Source: an uncultured Chloroflexia bacterium (GTDB lineage Bacteria; Chloroflexota; Limnocylindria; Limnocylindrales; CSP1-4). From it: a stretch of DNA of 64,000 nucleotides. This document shows, in pieces, positions 39,960 to 49,607 of this stretch; positions within the stretch are counted from its first letter, which is position 1; every line of letters begins with the position of its first letter. The stretch lies in contig CAWJIC010000075.1 in the NCBI GenBank assembly GCA_963842755.1, forward strand, positions 85,180 to 149,179, in the 5' to 3' direction. The notes under the pieces are model-generated. The model had not been told where the DNA came from and made no database searches. It saw nothing but the letters and a program-made list of their open reading frames with translations. A program made the position numbers and the translations under genes.

Positions 39960-40930
39960 GTCGGCGGGCGGCGCGTCATCGGCGGGTCCGCGGCCTTCGG
40001 GTTGAGGACGTCGTCGAGCGCGTTGCCGACGAGGGTGAAGGCGAGGACGACGAGGACGACGCAGACGCGCCGGCGGCACGATGTACCACCAGGCGCCGAG
40101 GCCCGGCGCGCCCGACGACTGGGCGGCGTTGAGGATCTGGCCCCACGACGGCTGGAACGGATCGCCCAGGCCGATGAACGACAGCGTCGTCTCGGTGAAG
40201 ACCGCGCCGGCGAAGGTGAGCACGGTGTTGGCCACGATCAGGTTCACGACGTTCGGGCAGGATGTGGCGGCGCATGATGTGGCCCGAGCCGCTGCCGATC
40301 ACGCGGGCCCGGTCGACGAACATGCGCTCCTTGACCGAGAGCGTCTGCGACCGGATGATCCGGGCGGTCGACGCCCAGCTCGTGATCCCGATGACGACGA
40401 CGATGACGATCAGCGTCGCCCGGATCCCGAACACCTCGGCCTCGACGCCGATCGAGGTCGAGGATGATCGGGGCCAGGATGATCGCCAGGACGAACGTCG
40501 GGAGGACGAGGAAGAAGTCGGTGATGCCGCATGAGGACCGTGTCGATCCGGCCGCCGACGAACCCGGACGACGATCCCGATGACGGCGCCCGAGCGAGGA
40601 TCGTGATGAGCGTCGCGAGGAGCCCGATGACCATCGAGATCCGGGCGCCGTGGACGGTCAGGTTGAGGATGTCCCGGCCGAGCTCGTCGGTCCCCAGCAG
40701 GTGGGCCGCCGCTCGGCGCGCTCGAGCGCGGTCGCCGGTCGCGGTGGTCGCCGTCTGGAGCGGCCCGACGAAGAGCGTCGGGAGCGAGCGCCAGGACCGC
40801 GAAGACGAGCAGGATCACGCAGCCCGACGAGCCCGTCCGGCGGCGCGCGTAGCGACCGGCGCGAAGTCGCGCGGCGCCGCGCAGCCGGAGGCGCCAGCGC
40901 GCGCGCCGGACGCCGGCCGGCGTGACGCGC
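39960..40930 (-). pseudogene. Oligopeptide ABC importer permease OppC-like, frameshifted; boundaries approximate
   Basis: OppC-like fragments (VILLVFAVLALAPDAL; IVIVVVIGITSWASTARIIRSQTLSVKERMFVD; [23 protein letters not shown]...GAWWYIVPP) in different frames. Confidence 0.55.
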
Positions 40931-40936
40931 GGCGCG

Positions 40937-41919
40937 TCACGTCCGGACCCGCGGGTCGAGCAGGCCGTAGACGAGGTCGGCGACGAGGTTGGCCAGCGAC
41001 GACCGACACCGACGAGGAGCAGGAAGATGCCCTGCAGGACCGGGTAGTCGCGGGCGGTCAGGGCGTCCACGGTGAGCGTGCCGAGGCCCGGGCCAGTTGA
41101 ACACGACCTCGACCGTGATCGCGCCGGCGACGACGTAGCCGAGGTTGATCGCGATGAGCGTGACCGTCGGCAGCAGCGCGTTGGGGAAGGCGTGGCTGCG
41201 CAGGATCCGGCCGTCGGTCAGGCCCTTCGCCCGGGCCGTGGTGACGTAGTCCTCGCCGCGCGTCTCGATGATCGACGAGCGCATCAGGATCGAGTACTGC
41301 GCCGATCAGGCCGAGGCTGACCGTGGCCAGCGGCAGGGCCAGGTGGGCCAGGAAGTCGAGCAGCTGGTCGGCGAACGAGTCGTAGGTCGCCGCCCACCGT
41401 CGAACATGCCCGAGGTCGGGAACCAGCCCAGGCCCGATCGCGAAGATGATGATCAGCGGCATGCCCGATCACGAAGTACGGCATCGAGTAGAGGATCAGG
41501 CTGAGCCCGTTGCCGATCCGGTCGACGGTGCCGCCGCGCCGCCAGCCGGCGTACGCGCCGAGGGCGAGCCCGACGACGATCGCGATCAGCTCGCCGAGGC
41601 CGAAGAGCAGGACCGTCGGCCAGAAGCGCTCGCCGATGACCTCGGTGACCGGCTGGCCCCGGAACTTGAACGAGTACCCGAGGTCGCCCGAGACGGTCGA
41701 CCCGAGATACGCCACGAGCTGGTCGGGGAAGAGCGGCTTGTCCAGGCCCCAGCGCGCCCGCGCCGCCTCGAGCGTGGCCGGCGTCAGGTTCGGGTTCCGG
41801 AGCAGGATCCGTTCCGGCGATCCCGGCATGAGCCGGAACAGCAGGAAGTTGAGGACGACGATGAAGAAGACCGTCAGGATCGCCTGGAGGACCTTGCGCC
41901 CGAGGTAGCGGGTGCCCAC
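40937..41919 (-). pseudogene. Oligopeptide ABC importer permease OppB-like, frameshifted
   Basis: N-terminus MGTRYLGRKVLQAILTVFFIVVLNFLLFRLMPGSP is intact. Frame changes at a GGG run after YFVIG (about 41460) and again further on. C-terminal pieces ARDYPVLQG and LVYGLLDPRVRT are in other frames. Confidence 0.6.
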
Positions 41920-42012
41920 GACCGGCGGGCGCGCTCAGACGAGCGGGAGGGCCGCCGGCGCGGCGACCCTCCCCTGGTGTGTGCGGCGGCTCGCCGAGGC
42001 GGCCGCGTCGGC

Positions 42013-43952
42013 TCATTCCTCCTCCGACGATCCGCGGCGCCGCCGGGAGGCGAGGATCAGGCCGCCGACGACCACCGCGGCGACCAGCAGGCCGACGATG
42101 AGCAGCGTGCTGTCGCCGCTCGAGCCGGCCGGCGTGCCGCCGCCGCCCGGACTCGCCGAGGGGGCCGCCGACGCCCCCGCCGACGGAGCCGTGGACGCGG
42201 ACGGCTCCGGGCTGGGCACCGCCGTGGCGTCGGTCAGGAGCGTGTAGCCGAGCGAGCTGTAGAGAACAGCGGCGTGCCGTTGTCCCGTGGCTGGTTCTGC
42301 CAGCCGGCGAACCGGTCGGTCCGATAGGCGTCGAGGTTGCTGTCGTAGTAGAGGATGTGGTACGGCGCCTCGTCGTAGAAGAGGTTCTGCATCTCGGCCA
42401 GGATCGCCTTGCGCTCCTCGGTCGTGGCCGCCTTGTTCTGCGGCGTCGTACAGCTCGTCGTACTCCGGGTTGCACCAGTTGCTGTCGCGACGAGCTGCCG
42501 ATCGCGTCGCAGCGGAAGATCTGGAGCAGGGCGTTCGGGTCCGGGTTGCCGGACCAGCCCCAGATGAACAGGTCGTAGTTCGGCCTTGTTGCCGCTCGCC
42601 GCCGGCCTCCGGCGGCAGCATCAGGTCGACGAGCGTGCCGCTGTCGTAGACCTGCGGCGGTCACCTTGATCCCGAGCTGGCCGCACCAGTCCTGGACGAA
42701 CTGGGCGACCTTGCGGATAGGTGTCGTCGGAGTCCGGCATGAACAGCCGGAGGTTGATCGGCTTGCCCTCCTTGTCGAGCCGATTGCCGGAGGCATCGAG
42801 GAGGTAGCCGGCCGCGTCGAGCTTCTGCTTGGCGAGCGTCGATGTCGAACGTGCGGACGGTCGTCGGGCTCGACGTGCCACTGGCCTGAGCACCGGCGGG
42901 ACGTTCGTCGTGCCGACCGTCGCCGTAGCCGCCGAGGACCCGGTCGACGAGGGTCTGCTTGTCGACCGCGTAGCCGAGGGCGTCGCGGAAGGCCGGGTCG
43001 AGGAGCGCCTTCGTCGACGGGCCGCCGCCCTTGATCGTCTTGCCGGTGCCGGTGCCGTAGGTGTTGAACGCCGAGCTCGGTCCAGCCGTTCGCAGTGCCC
43101 GACGACCGTCTTGATGTCCGGCTCGGTCTTGAGCTGCGTTGAACTGGTCCGCGTTCACGCCGCGGGCGTAGTCGAGCTCGCCGGCCTTGAGGGCCTGGAC
43201 CATCGTGTCGGCGTTCTTGAAGAACTGGATGACGACCTCGTCGGCGGCGCCCTGCGGGCCCCAGTAGTTCGGGTTGCGGACGAAGCGGACGAACTGGCCG
43301 GTCTTCCACTCGGCGAGCCTGGTACGGGCCCGGTGCCGACGACGGCGGCGGCGTCGAACTTCGGCCTCGCCGATCGTCTTGTAGGTCTGACCTTGCCCCA
43401 GATGTGCTTGGGCAGGATCGGGATGTACGTCTGGAGGATTCGCGTGCGACGGGTCGTCGGTCGTGACGATCATCGTCTGCGGGTCCGGGCACTCGACCTT
43501 CGTCGACGCCGGCGTCCTTGAGCGCGGGTCGAGGTAGCCGAGCGCCGACGTTCGCCTTCGGCGGCGATCGCATCGAGGCTGAGCTGGAACGAGAAGCAGG
43601 CGTCATCGGAGGTGGCGGGCTGGCCGTCCGACCACTTCATCCCCGACCGGATCTTGAACGTCCACGACTTGCCGTCTGCCGCCCGCTCCCACGACTCGGC
43701 GAACCCCGGGTAGGGCTCGATGTCCGGGCCGAAGCCCACGAGCAGGTCGTAGGTCAGCCCGAAGGCCTCGTAGCCGACGACGAGGGCCGTCCCGTACGGA
43801 TTGAGCGAGTCGATGTCCTGGGTCGTGCCGACCCGGAGGACCAGCTTCTCCGCCGCGGCGATGGGCAGGGCTGCGGGCAGCACGGCGCCCAGCGCCACGC
43901 TGACCGCCAGGGCCGCCCGGGCGAACCGGGTGCTCAGGGACAGACGCATCGT
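42013..43952 (-). pseudogene. Oligopeptide ABC importer substrate-binding protein (family 5 SBP, OppA-like), frameshifted; unusual C-terminal hydrophobic anchor
   Basis: Signal peptide MRLSLSTRFARAALAVSVALGA, SBP_bac_5-like segments (LVLRVGTTQDIDSLNPY; FVRFVRNPNYWGP) split across 4 ORFs. Ends with Ala/Pro/Ser linker and STLLIVGLLVAAVVVGGLILASRRRRGSSEEE. Confidence 0.6.
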
Positions 43953-44121
43953 CACTCCTCCTCCGAGCGAGCCGACCGGTCCGACGGACCATCGCACCCG
44001 CTCCCGACCCAGGGTCGATCGGCACTGTCGCACAGCGCGTCGGGCCGGGTCAACCTATCCGGGGAGGACCGTCCGGCATCCCAACGTCCGTGCCGGCCCG
44101 CCGGGGAGGCGATGAGCCCCG

Positions 44122-44340
44122 GCCATCGGCTCCATCATTCGGCTCCGTCATTCGGCTCCGTCGACCACGGCGACACCGTCGGCCACCTCGACAGGTGGCC
44201 CGGGTTCTGCGTCTCTGCTCTTGGATTCTGCGTCTCGGCGCCGGGTTCCACGTCTCATCGCCTGCCGCGATCGTACCGGTGCTGGTCCGCCCGGTGCCCA
44301 CGTCTCATCGCCCGCCGCGATGGTATCGGCGCTACCAGGT
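44122..44340. repeat. Repeat-rich intergenic region between oppA and vapB
   Basis: 13-bp tandem cattcggctccgt x2-3 (44122-44161). Perfect hairpin GGCCACCTcgacAGGTGGCC (44181-44200). About 4 copies of a gttcYRcgtctc-type motif. Two 37-bp imperfect direct repeats (cacgtctcatcgccYgccgcgatSgtaYcggYgct at 44250-44286 and 44299-44335). Confidence 0.6.
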
Positions 44341-44583
44341 CCTCAGACCGTGTTCGGCCTGCTTCGCTTCATAGAGAGCGTGGGATCCCCGCGGAAGGGC
44401 CCGGAACCCGCGTGGGAGCGGCACTGGCATCGCGGACCGCGATATCACGGGCGAGCCCCGGGCGGGGACAAGGCCCAGCGCAGCGGACGGGATGCTTCCC
44501 GGCACCCGCGTAGCGGCCGCGAGCAGTGCGCGTGGCGAGATGGCGGATTGACATGCGCACGCTCGTGCGCCATCTTCGTGCGC

Positions 44584-44844
44584 ATGAGTCGGCGCACGAA
44601 CCTCCTGCTCCCGGAAGACCTCGTCGCGGAGGTGGACCGCGTGGCCGGGCCGCGGTGCCGGAGCCGCTACATCGCGGAGGCGGTGCAGGCGCGGCTTCGG
44701 CGAGACCGGCTGCGCGAGGTCGTCGAGCGAACCGCAGGAGCATGGAGCGCCGAGGAGTACCCGGAGTTCGCGACTCCGGAGGCCGTGGTCGCGTGGGTCC
44801 GCGAGCGACGCGAAGAGAAGACCGACCCCGGACCGGAGGCCTGA
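44584..44844 (+). CDS. vapB: Ribbon-helix-helix antitoxin (VapB/CopG-like)
   Basis: RTNLLLPEDLVAEVDRVAG...RSRYIAEAV RHH motif. Stop lies 3 bp before the PIN gene start. Confidence 0.7.
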   Translation: MSRRTNLLLPEDLVAEVDRVAGPRCRSRYIAEAVQARLRRDRLREVVERTAGAWSAEEYPEFATPEAVVAWVRERREEKTDPGPEA

Positions 44845-44847
44845 TCC

Positions 44848-45228
44848 GTGCGCTACGTGCTCGATACGACCTTCATCATCGACCATCTGCGGGACGATCC
44901 GGGTGCCCGACGCAGGTTCGGGATGATCTTCGAGGACGGCGACGAGGCGTTCGTCAACGAGATCATCGTGTGCGAGGCGTGGGCGGGCGCGCACCTCGCG
45001 GGCGACCCTGACCTGGAGGCGCTCCTGCGGGTGCTCGAGTTCGTGCAGCCCGGACCGCAGCACGCCAGGGCGGCCGGCCGCTGGCGCGCGGAAGCTCGGG
45101 TGCGCGGGCGGAAACTCGGTCTCGCGGATGCGCTCATCGCCGCGTGCGCCGACTCACTCGGCGCTGCGGTTCTGACCCGGCGCGCGCGCGACTTCGTGCT
45201 CACCCCGGTCCGCGTCGAGACCTACTGA
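44848..45228 (+). CDS. vapC: PIN-domain ribonuclease toxin VapC
   Basis: GTG start. VLDTTFIID acidic residue 1, FVNEIIVCE, later D residues. 126 aa, typical VapC size. Confidence 0.8.
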   Translation: MRYVLDTTFIIDHLRDDPGARRRFGMIFEDGDEAFVNEIIVCEAWAGAHLAGDPDLEALLRVLEFVQPGPQHARAAGRWRAEARVRGRKLGLADALIAACADSLGAAVLTRRARDFVLTPVRVETY

Positions 45229-45287
45229 CGGGAGCGGTCCACGTCAGACGATGGGACGGATCTCATCGAGGACGCAGCGCGCCCCCG

Positions 45288-47813
45288 TCACGCCCGGATC
45301 CGCTCGTTGGCGGGGTCGTAGGGCGCCCGGAACGAGGCTCCCGCGGCGAAGCGCTGGAAGGCGATCTCGATCTCGTACGTCCCCGCGGCGAGCCATTCGG
45401 CCGTGACCGGCCCGTCGTCGCGGCGGACGTAGCCCAGCCCGATCGAGCGGTCGACCGTGTGCCCGAACATCGCCGAGCTGATCCGTCCGACGAGGACGCC
45501 GTTCCGCCAGATCGGCTCGTTGTGGAACATCAGCGGCTCCGGGTCCTCGAGGGTGAAGACGGCCAGCCGGCGGACGAGCCCGGCCTCGCGCTGGCGGAGG
45601 AGCGCGTCGCGCCCGAGGAAGCCGCCCGGCTTGTCCCAGGCGACCGTGAAGCCGAGCCCGGCTTCGAGCGGCGTGTCCTCGTCGCTGATGTCGTGGCCCC
45701 AGTGGCGATACGCCTTCTCCATGCGCAGCGAGTTGAGCGCGTGGAAGCCGGCGTGGCGGAGGCCGAACGCGTCGCCCGCCGCGACGATCGCGTCGTAGAC
45801 GTGGGTCGCGAACTCGGTCGGGACATACAGCTCCCAGCCGAGCTCGCCGACGTAGGTGATCCGCGACGCGCGGGCGAAGGCGAAGCCCAGGTCGATCTCG
45901 CGCGACGTCGCGAACGGGAATGCGGCGTTCGACAGGTCGGCGTCCGTGAGCGAGGTGAGGAGCTCGCGCGAGCGCGGGCCCATAACGCTCAGGACGGCCT
46001 CGGCGGAGGTTACGTCGGTCACGGCGGCGTGGGCGTCGGCCGGGATCTGGTGGCGCAGCCAGTCGATGTCGCGGACGGTCGAGGTCCCCGAGGTGACGAC
46101 GAGGAAGCGGTCCTCGTCCAGGCGGGTGACCGTCACATCCGACTCGATTCCGCCCCGCTCGTTTAGCCACTGCGTGTACACGATCCGGCCCGGCTCGACG
46201 GCGACATCCGCCGCGCAGATCCGGCCGAGGGCACGCTCCGCGTCTCGCCCCTGGACGAGGATCTTGCCGAACGAGGTCTGGTCGAACAGGCCCACCGCCT
46301 CGCGGACGGCCCGGTGCTCCTCGGCCGAGTACGGGAACCAGTTCTGGCGCCCGTAGGAGTACTCGTAGCGCGGCTCGACGCCGGACGGCGCGTACCAGTT
46401 CGCCCGCTCCCAGCCGGCGAGCTCGCCGAAGCACGCCCCGCGGGCCGCCAGCCGGTCGTGGAGCGGCGTCCGCCGGACCCCGCGCGAGGTCTCGACCTGG
46501 CGGAACGGCCAGTGCATGTCGTAGAGCAGCCCGAGCGTCTCGGTCGTCCGCTGGTAGAGGTAGCGACGGTTGCGCTGGAACGGCATGAACCGCCGGATGT
46601 CGACCTCCCAGAGGTCCATCGGGGCATGCCCGTCGACGACCCAGTCGGCGACCGCCCGGCCGGCGCCGCCGCCAGACTGGAAGCCGACCGAGTTGAACCC
46701 CGCGGCGACGAAGTAACCGTCCAGGCCGGGCGCCTCGCCCAGGATGTAGCGGTCGTCCGGGGTGAAGCTCTCGGGCCCGTTGAAGAAGAGCTGGATGCCG
46801 ACCTCGCCCAGGATCGGCACCCGGCGGGCGGCCATCTCGAGGTACGGCGCGAGGTGGTCCCAGTCCTCGGGCAGGGTCGTGAACGCCGCGTCCTCGGGGA
46901 TGCCGTGGGTCGCCCACGGCTTCGCGCCCGGCTCGAAGAAGCCGACCATCAGCTTGCCCGTGTCGTCGCGGACGTAGGCCGTGTCGTCCGGGCTGCGCAG
47001 GACCGGGAGGTCGGGCGTGAGGCCGGGGATCGGCTCGGTGATGAGGTAGAAGTGCTCCGCGGCATGGAGCGGGATCGTCACGTCGCTCTGCTGGCCGAGC
47101 TCGCGAGCCCACATCCCGGTGCAGTTGACGACGAACTCGCAGGCGATCTCGCCGCGGTCGGTCGCCACGCCGGTCACCCGCCCGTCCCTGCGCCGGACCT
47201 CGGTCACCTTCGTGTGCTCGAAGATCTGCGCGCCGCCCAGCCGGGCCGCCCTGGCCAGGGCCTGGGTGACGTCGGTCGGGTTGGCCACGCCGTCGCCGGG
47301 CAGGTAGGCCGCCCCGACGATCTCGCTGGCGTCCATCAGCGGCCACATCTCGGCGGCCCGGTCGGGACCGATGAGCTCCACCTCGAAGCCGCACACGCGG
47401 GCCATCGAGGCGCCGCGCTTCACCTCGGTCCAGCGCTCCTCGTTCGTCGCGAGGAGGATGGAGCCGGTCCGCCGGAAGCCGGTGCCGAGGCCGGTCCTGC
47501 GCTCCAGCTCGGCGAACAGCTCGGCGCTGTACTTCGCGAGCATGCTCATGTTGTAGGTCGCCCGCAGCTGGGTGACCAGGCCGGCGGCGTGCCAGGTCGT
47601 GCCCGACGTCAGCTGCTTTCGCTCGAGAAGGACGACGTCGCGCCAGCCGCGCTCGGTCAGGTGGTAGGCGACGCTGCACCCGACGATCCCGCCGCCGATG
47701 ACGACGACCCGGGCCTGGCTCGGGAAGCCGTCGGCCGCGGAGGCGCCGCCTGTGGCGAGGCTGTCGGATAGTCCCTTCGGCATCGGAGTCACGTCCTTCT
47801 CGGTAGTTCCCAC
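45288..47813 (-). CDS. Dimethylglycine/sarcosine dehydrogenase-family flavoprotein (FAD oxidoreductase fused to GcvT-like folate domain)
   Basis: N-terminal [13 protein letters not shown] dinucleotide motif with covalent-FAD-type His region. C-terminal aminomethyltransferase-like domain. 841 aa, intact. Confidence 0.85.
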   Translation of the reverse strand: MGTTEKDVTPMPKGLSDSLATGGASAADGFPSQARVVVIGGGIVGCSVAYHLTERGWRDVVLLERKQLTSGTTWHAAGLVTQLRATYNMSMLAKYSAELFAELERRTGLGTGFRRTGSILLATNEERWTEVKRGASMARVCGFEVELIGPDRAAEMWPLMDASEIVGAAYLPGDGVANPTDVTQALARAARLGGAQIFEHTKVTEVRRRDGRVTGVATDRGEIACEFVVNCTGMWARELGQQSDVTIPLHAAEHFYLITEPIPGLTPDLPVLRSPDDTAYVRDDTGKLMVGFFEPGAKPWATHGIPEDAAFTTLPEDWDHLAPYLEMAARRVPILGEVGIQLFFNGPESFTPDDRYILGEAPGLDGYFVAAGFNSVGFQSGGGAGRAVADWVVDGHAPMDLWEVDIRRFMPFQRNRRYLYQRTTETLGLLYDMHWPFRQVETSRGVRRTPLHDRLAARGACFGELAGWERANWYAPSGVEPRYEYSYGRQNWFPYSAEEHRAVREAVGLFDQTSFGKILVQGRDAERALGRICAADVAVEPGRIVYTQWLNERGGIESDVTVTRLDEDRFLVVTSGTSTVRDIDWLRHQIPADAHAAVTDVTSAEAVLSVMGPRSRELLTSLTDADLSNAAFPFATSREIDLGFAFARASRITYVGELGWELYVPTEFATHVYDAIVAAGDAFGLRHAGFHALNSLRMEKAYRHWGHDISDEDTPLEAGLGFTVAWDKPGGFLGRDALLRQREAGLVRRLAVFTLEDPEPLMFHNEPIWRNGVLVGRISSAMFGHTVDRSIGLGYVRRDDGPVTAEWLAAGTYEIEIAFQRFAAGASFRAPYDPANERIRA

Positions 47814-47887
47814 CCGGATCGGATCGGGCCATGCTACGGCCTGGACCCGCCCGCGGGGACGGGTGTCACGTACCGTGAACCGGTCCG

Positions 47888-48961
47888 TTGCCGAGGAGGC
47901 GAACCATGTCCGCCGACCAGATGCCTGCGGGCGTCCCCTCCACGCCGACGCCCGAGGCCGCCCCCGGGCGACCCGCGGGGCACCGTCGGCGGCGCACCTG
48001 GCGCGTCCTCGTCGCCCGTTCCGCGACCGTCCTTGCCGTCGTCCTCGGCGGCGGCTACCTGGCGGTCGGCGCCTCGATCTACAATTCGCTGTCGCGGTTC
48101 GAACCCGGCTGCGGGGGCGTCGTGGCGAACCAGGACCCCGCCCACTTCACGGTCAGGGAACTCGATGCGACCCCGTACCTGATGCCGCGCTTCGAGGACG
48201 TCGCGTTCCCAAGCCGAGACGCCGCGATCACGATCCGCGCATTCTGGATCCCGTCCGACGCCGGCCCGGACGCTCCGGCGGTGATCGTCGTCCACGGGCT
48301 CGCGGGGTGCCGGCGCTCCGAGGGGAACCTGCTCGCGGCGGGGATGCTCCACCGCAGCGGGTTCGCCGCGCTGATCCTCGACCTGCGCAACCACGGCGAC
48401 TCGGCGCGCGAGGATGACCGCTACTCGGGTGGAATCAAGGAGCACCGCGACGTCCTCGGGGCGTGGGACTGGCTGGTGACCCGACAGCGTCTGGCGCCTG
48501 CCCGGATCGGACTCCTGGGCCTGTCGCTCGGCGCCGCGACGGCCCTCATCGCGACCGGTGAGGAGCCCCGGGTCGCGGCGGTCTGGGAGGACAGCAGCTA
48601 CGCCGACATCGACGTCGCGATCCGCGGCGAGCTGACCCGCAAGGACCATCCGACATGGCTCGCGCCGGGCGGGGTGCTCATGGCCCGGATCGTGGGTGGG
48701 GTCGACCTCACGTCGCTCAGCCCGATCGAGGCGGTCGCCAGGTTGAACGGCCGGCCGATCTTCATCACCCACGGCACGGAGGACGAGCGCCTCTCCGTCC
48801 GCTATGCCTACGACCTCGCGGGCGAGATCGCGACGCATGGCGGTCTCGCCGCGATGTGGGTCGTCCCGGGTTCGAAGCACACGATGGCGATCCGGGAGCA
48901 CCCGGTCGAGTACGAGCGCCGGCTCGCCGACTTCTTCAGGTGGGCGCTGGGCGTCCCCTGA
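47888..48961 (+). CDS. Alpha/beta-hydrolase (S9/dienelactone hydrolase-like), membrane-anchored
   Basis: N-terminal TM helix. Nucleophile elbow GLSLG. Catalytic Asp/His region ITHGTEDE...SKHTM. Confidence 0.7.
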   Translation: MPRRRTMSADQMPAGVPSTPTPEAAPGRPAGHRRRRTWRVLVARSATVLAVVLGGGYLAVGASIYNSLSRFEPGCGGVVANQDPAHFTVRELDATPYLMPRFEDVAFPSRDAAITIRAFWIPSDAGPDAPAVIVVHGLAGCRRSEGNLLAAGMLHRSGFAALILDLRNHGDSAREDDRYSGGIKEHRDVLGAWDWLVTRQRLAPARIGLLGLSLGAATALIATGEEPRVAAVWEDSSYADIDVAIRGELTRKDHPTWLAPGGVLMARIVGGVDLTSLSPIEAVARLNGRPIFITHGTEDERLSVRYAYDLAGEIATHGGLAAMWVVPGSKHTMAIREHPVEYERRLADFFRWALGVP

Positions 48962-49607
48962 CGGCCGTGCCGCGCAGGCGGGCGACCCGCTCCAGCCCGA
49001 GTTGGCTCATCGCGTCGAGAATCTCGCCGCGGTCGATCATCGCCAGCGCGTCGCCGAACGGCACCCACCGGATCCGCAGATCCTCGGTGCCCTCGGGCGC
49101 CGCCTCGCCCTGGGTCAGGCCGGCGGCGAGGAAGAGGATCCCGGCCTCGTCCGTGATCGAGTTCGACAGGTGGAGCCGGCCGAGCTCGCGCCAGTCGGCG
49201 GCCTCGATGCCGGTCTCCTCGCGCAGCTCGCGCCGGGCGCCGTCAAGGGGATCCTCGTCGAACGGGACGCCGCCCTCGGGGATCTCCCACGAGTAGCCGT
49301 CGAGCGTGTAGCGGTGCTGGCCGACGAGCAGCACCCGGTCCACGTCGTCGATGGCGACGACCCCGACCGCCAGGTTCCGGAAGTGGACGACGCCGTAGAT
49401 CCCGGGCTCGCCGTCCGGCCGGGTCACCTCGTCGTGGTGGACCGCGATCCAGTCGTTCTCGTAGACCAGCCGCCGGGAGCGGCGGGTCCACGGGCTGACG
49501 GTCGGGTCGGCAGCGGGGCTGGCGGCGGAGTCGGCGGCGGGGTCGGCGTCTCGTGGGTCGGGCACGCCCGCATCGTAGCGGCCACGGGCCGGTAGACTCG
49601 CGGCCAT
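48936..49607 (-). CDS. NUDIX hydrolase
   Basis: Nudix box GGVPFDEDPLDGARRELREETGI. Start taken as the internal ATG at 49607. Confidence 0.8.
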   Translation of the reverse strand: MAASLPARGRYDAGVPDPRDADPAADSAASPAADPTVSPWTRRSRRLVYENDWIAVHHDEVTRPDGEPGIYGVVHFRNLAVGVVAIDDVDRVLLVGQHRYTLDGYSWEIPEGGVPFDEDPLDGARRELREETGIEAADWRELGRLHLSNSITDEAGILFLAAGLTQGEAAPEGTEDLRIRWVPFGDALAMIDRGEILDAMSQLGLERVARLRGTAVRGRPAPT

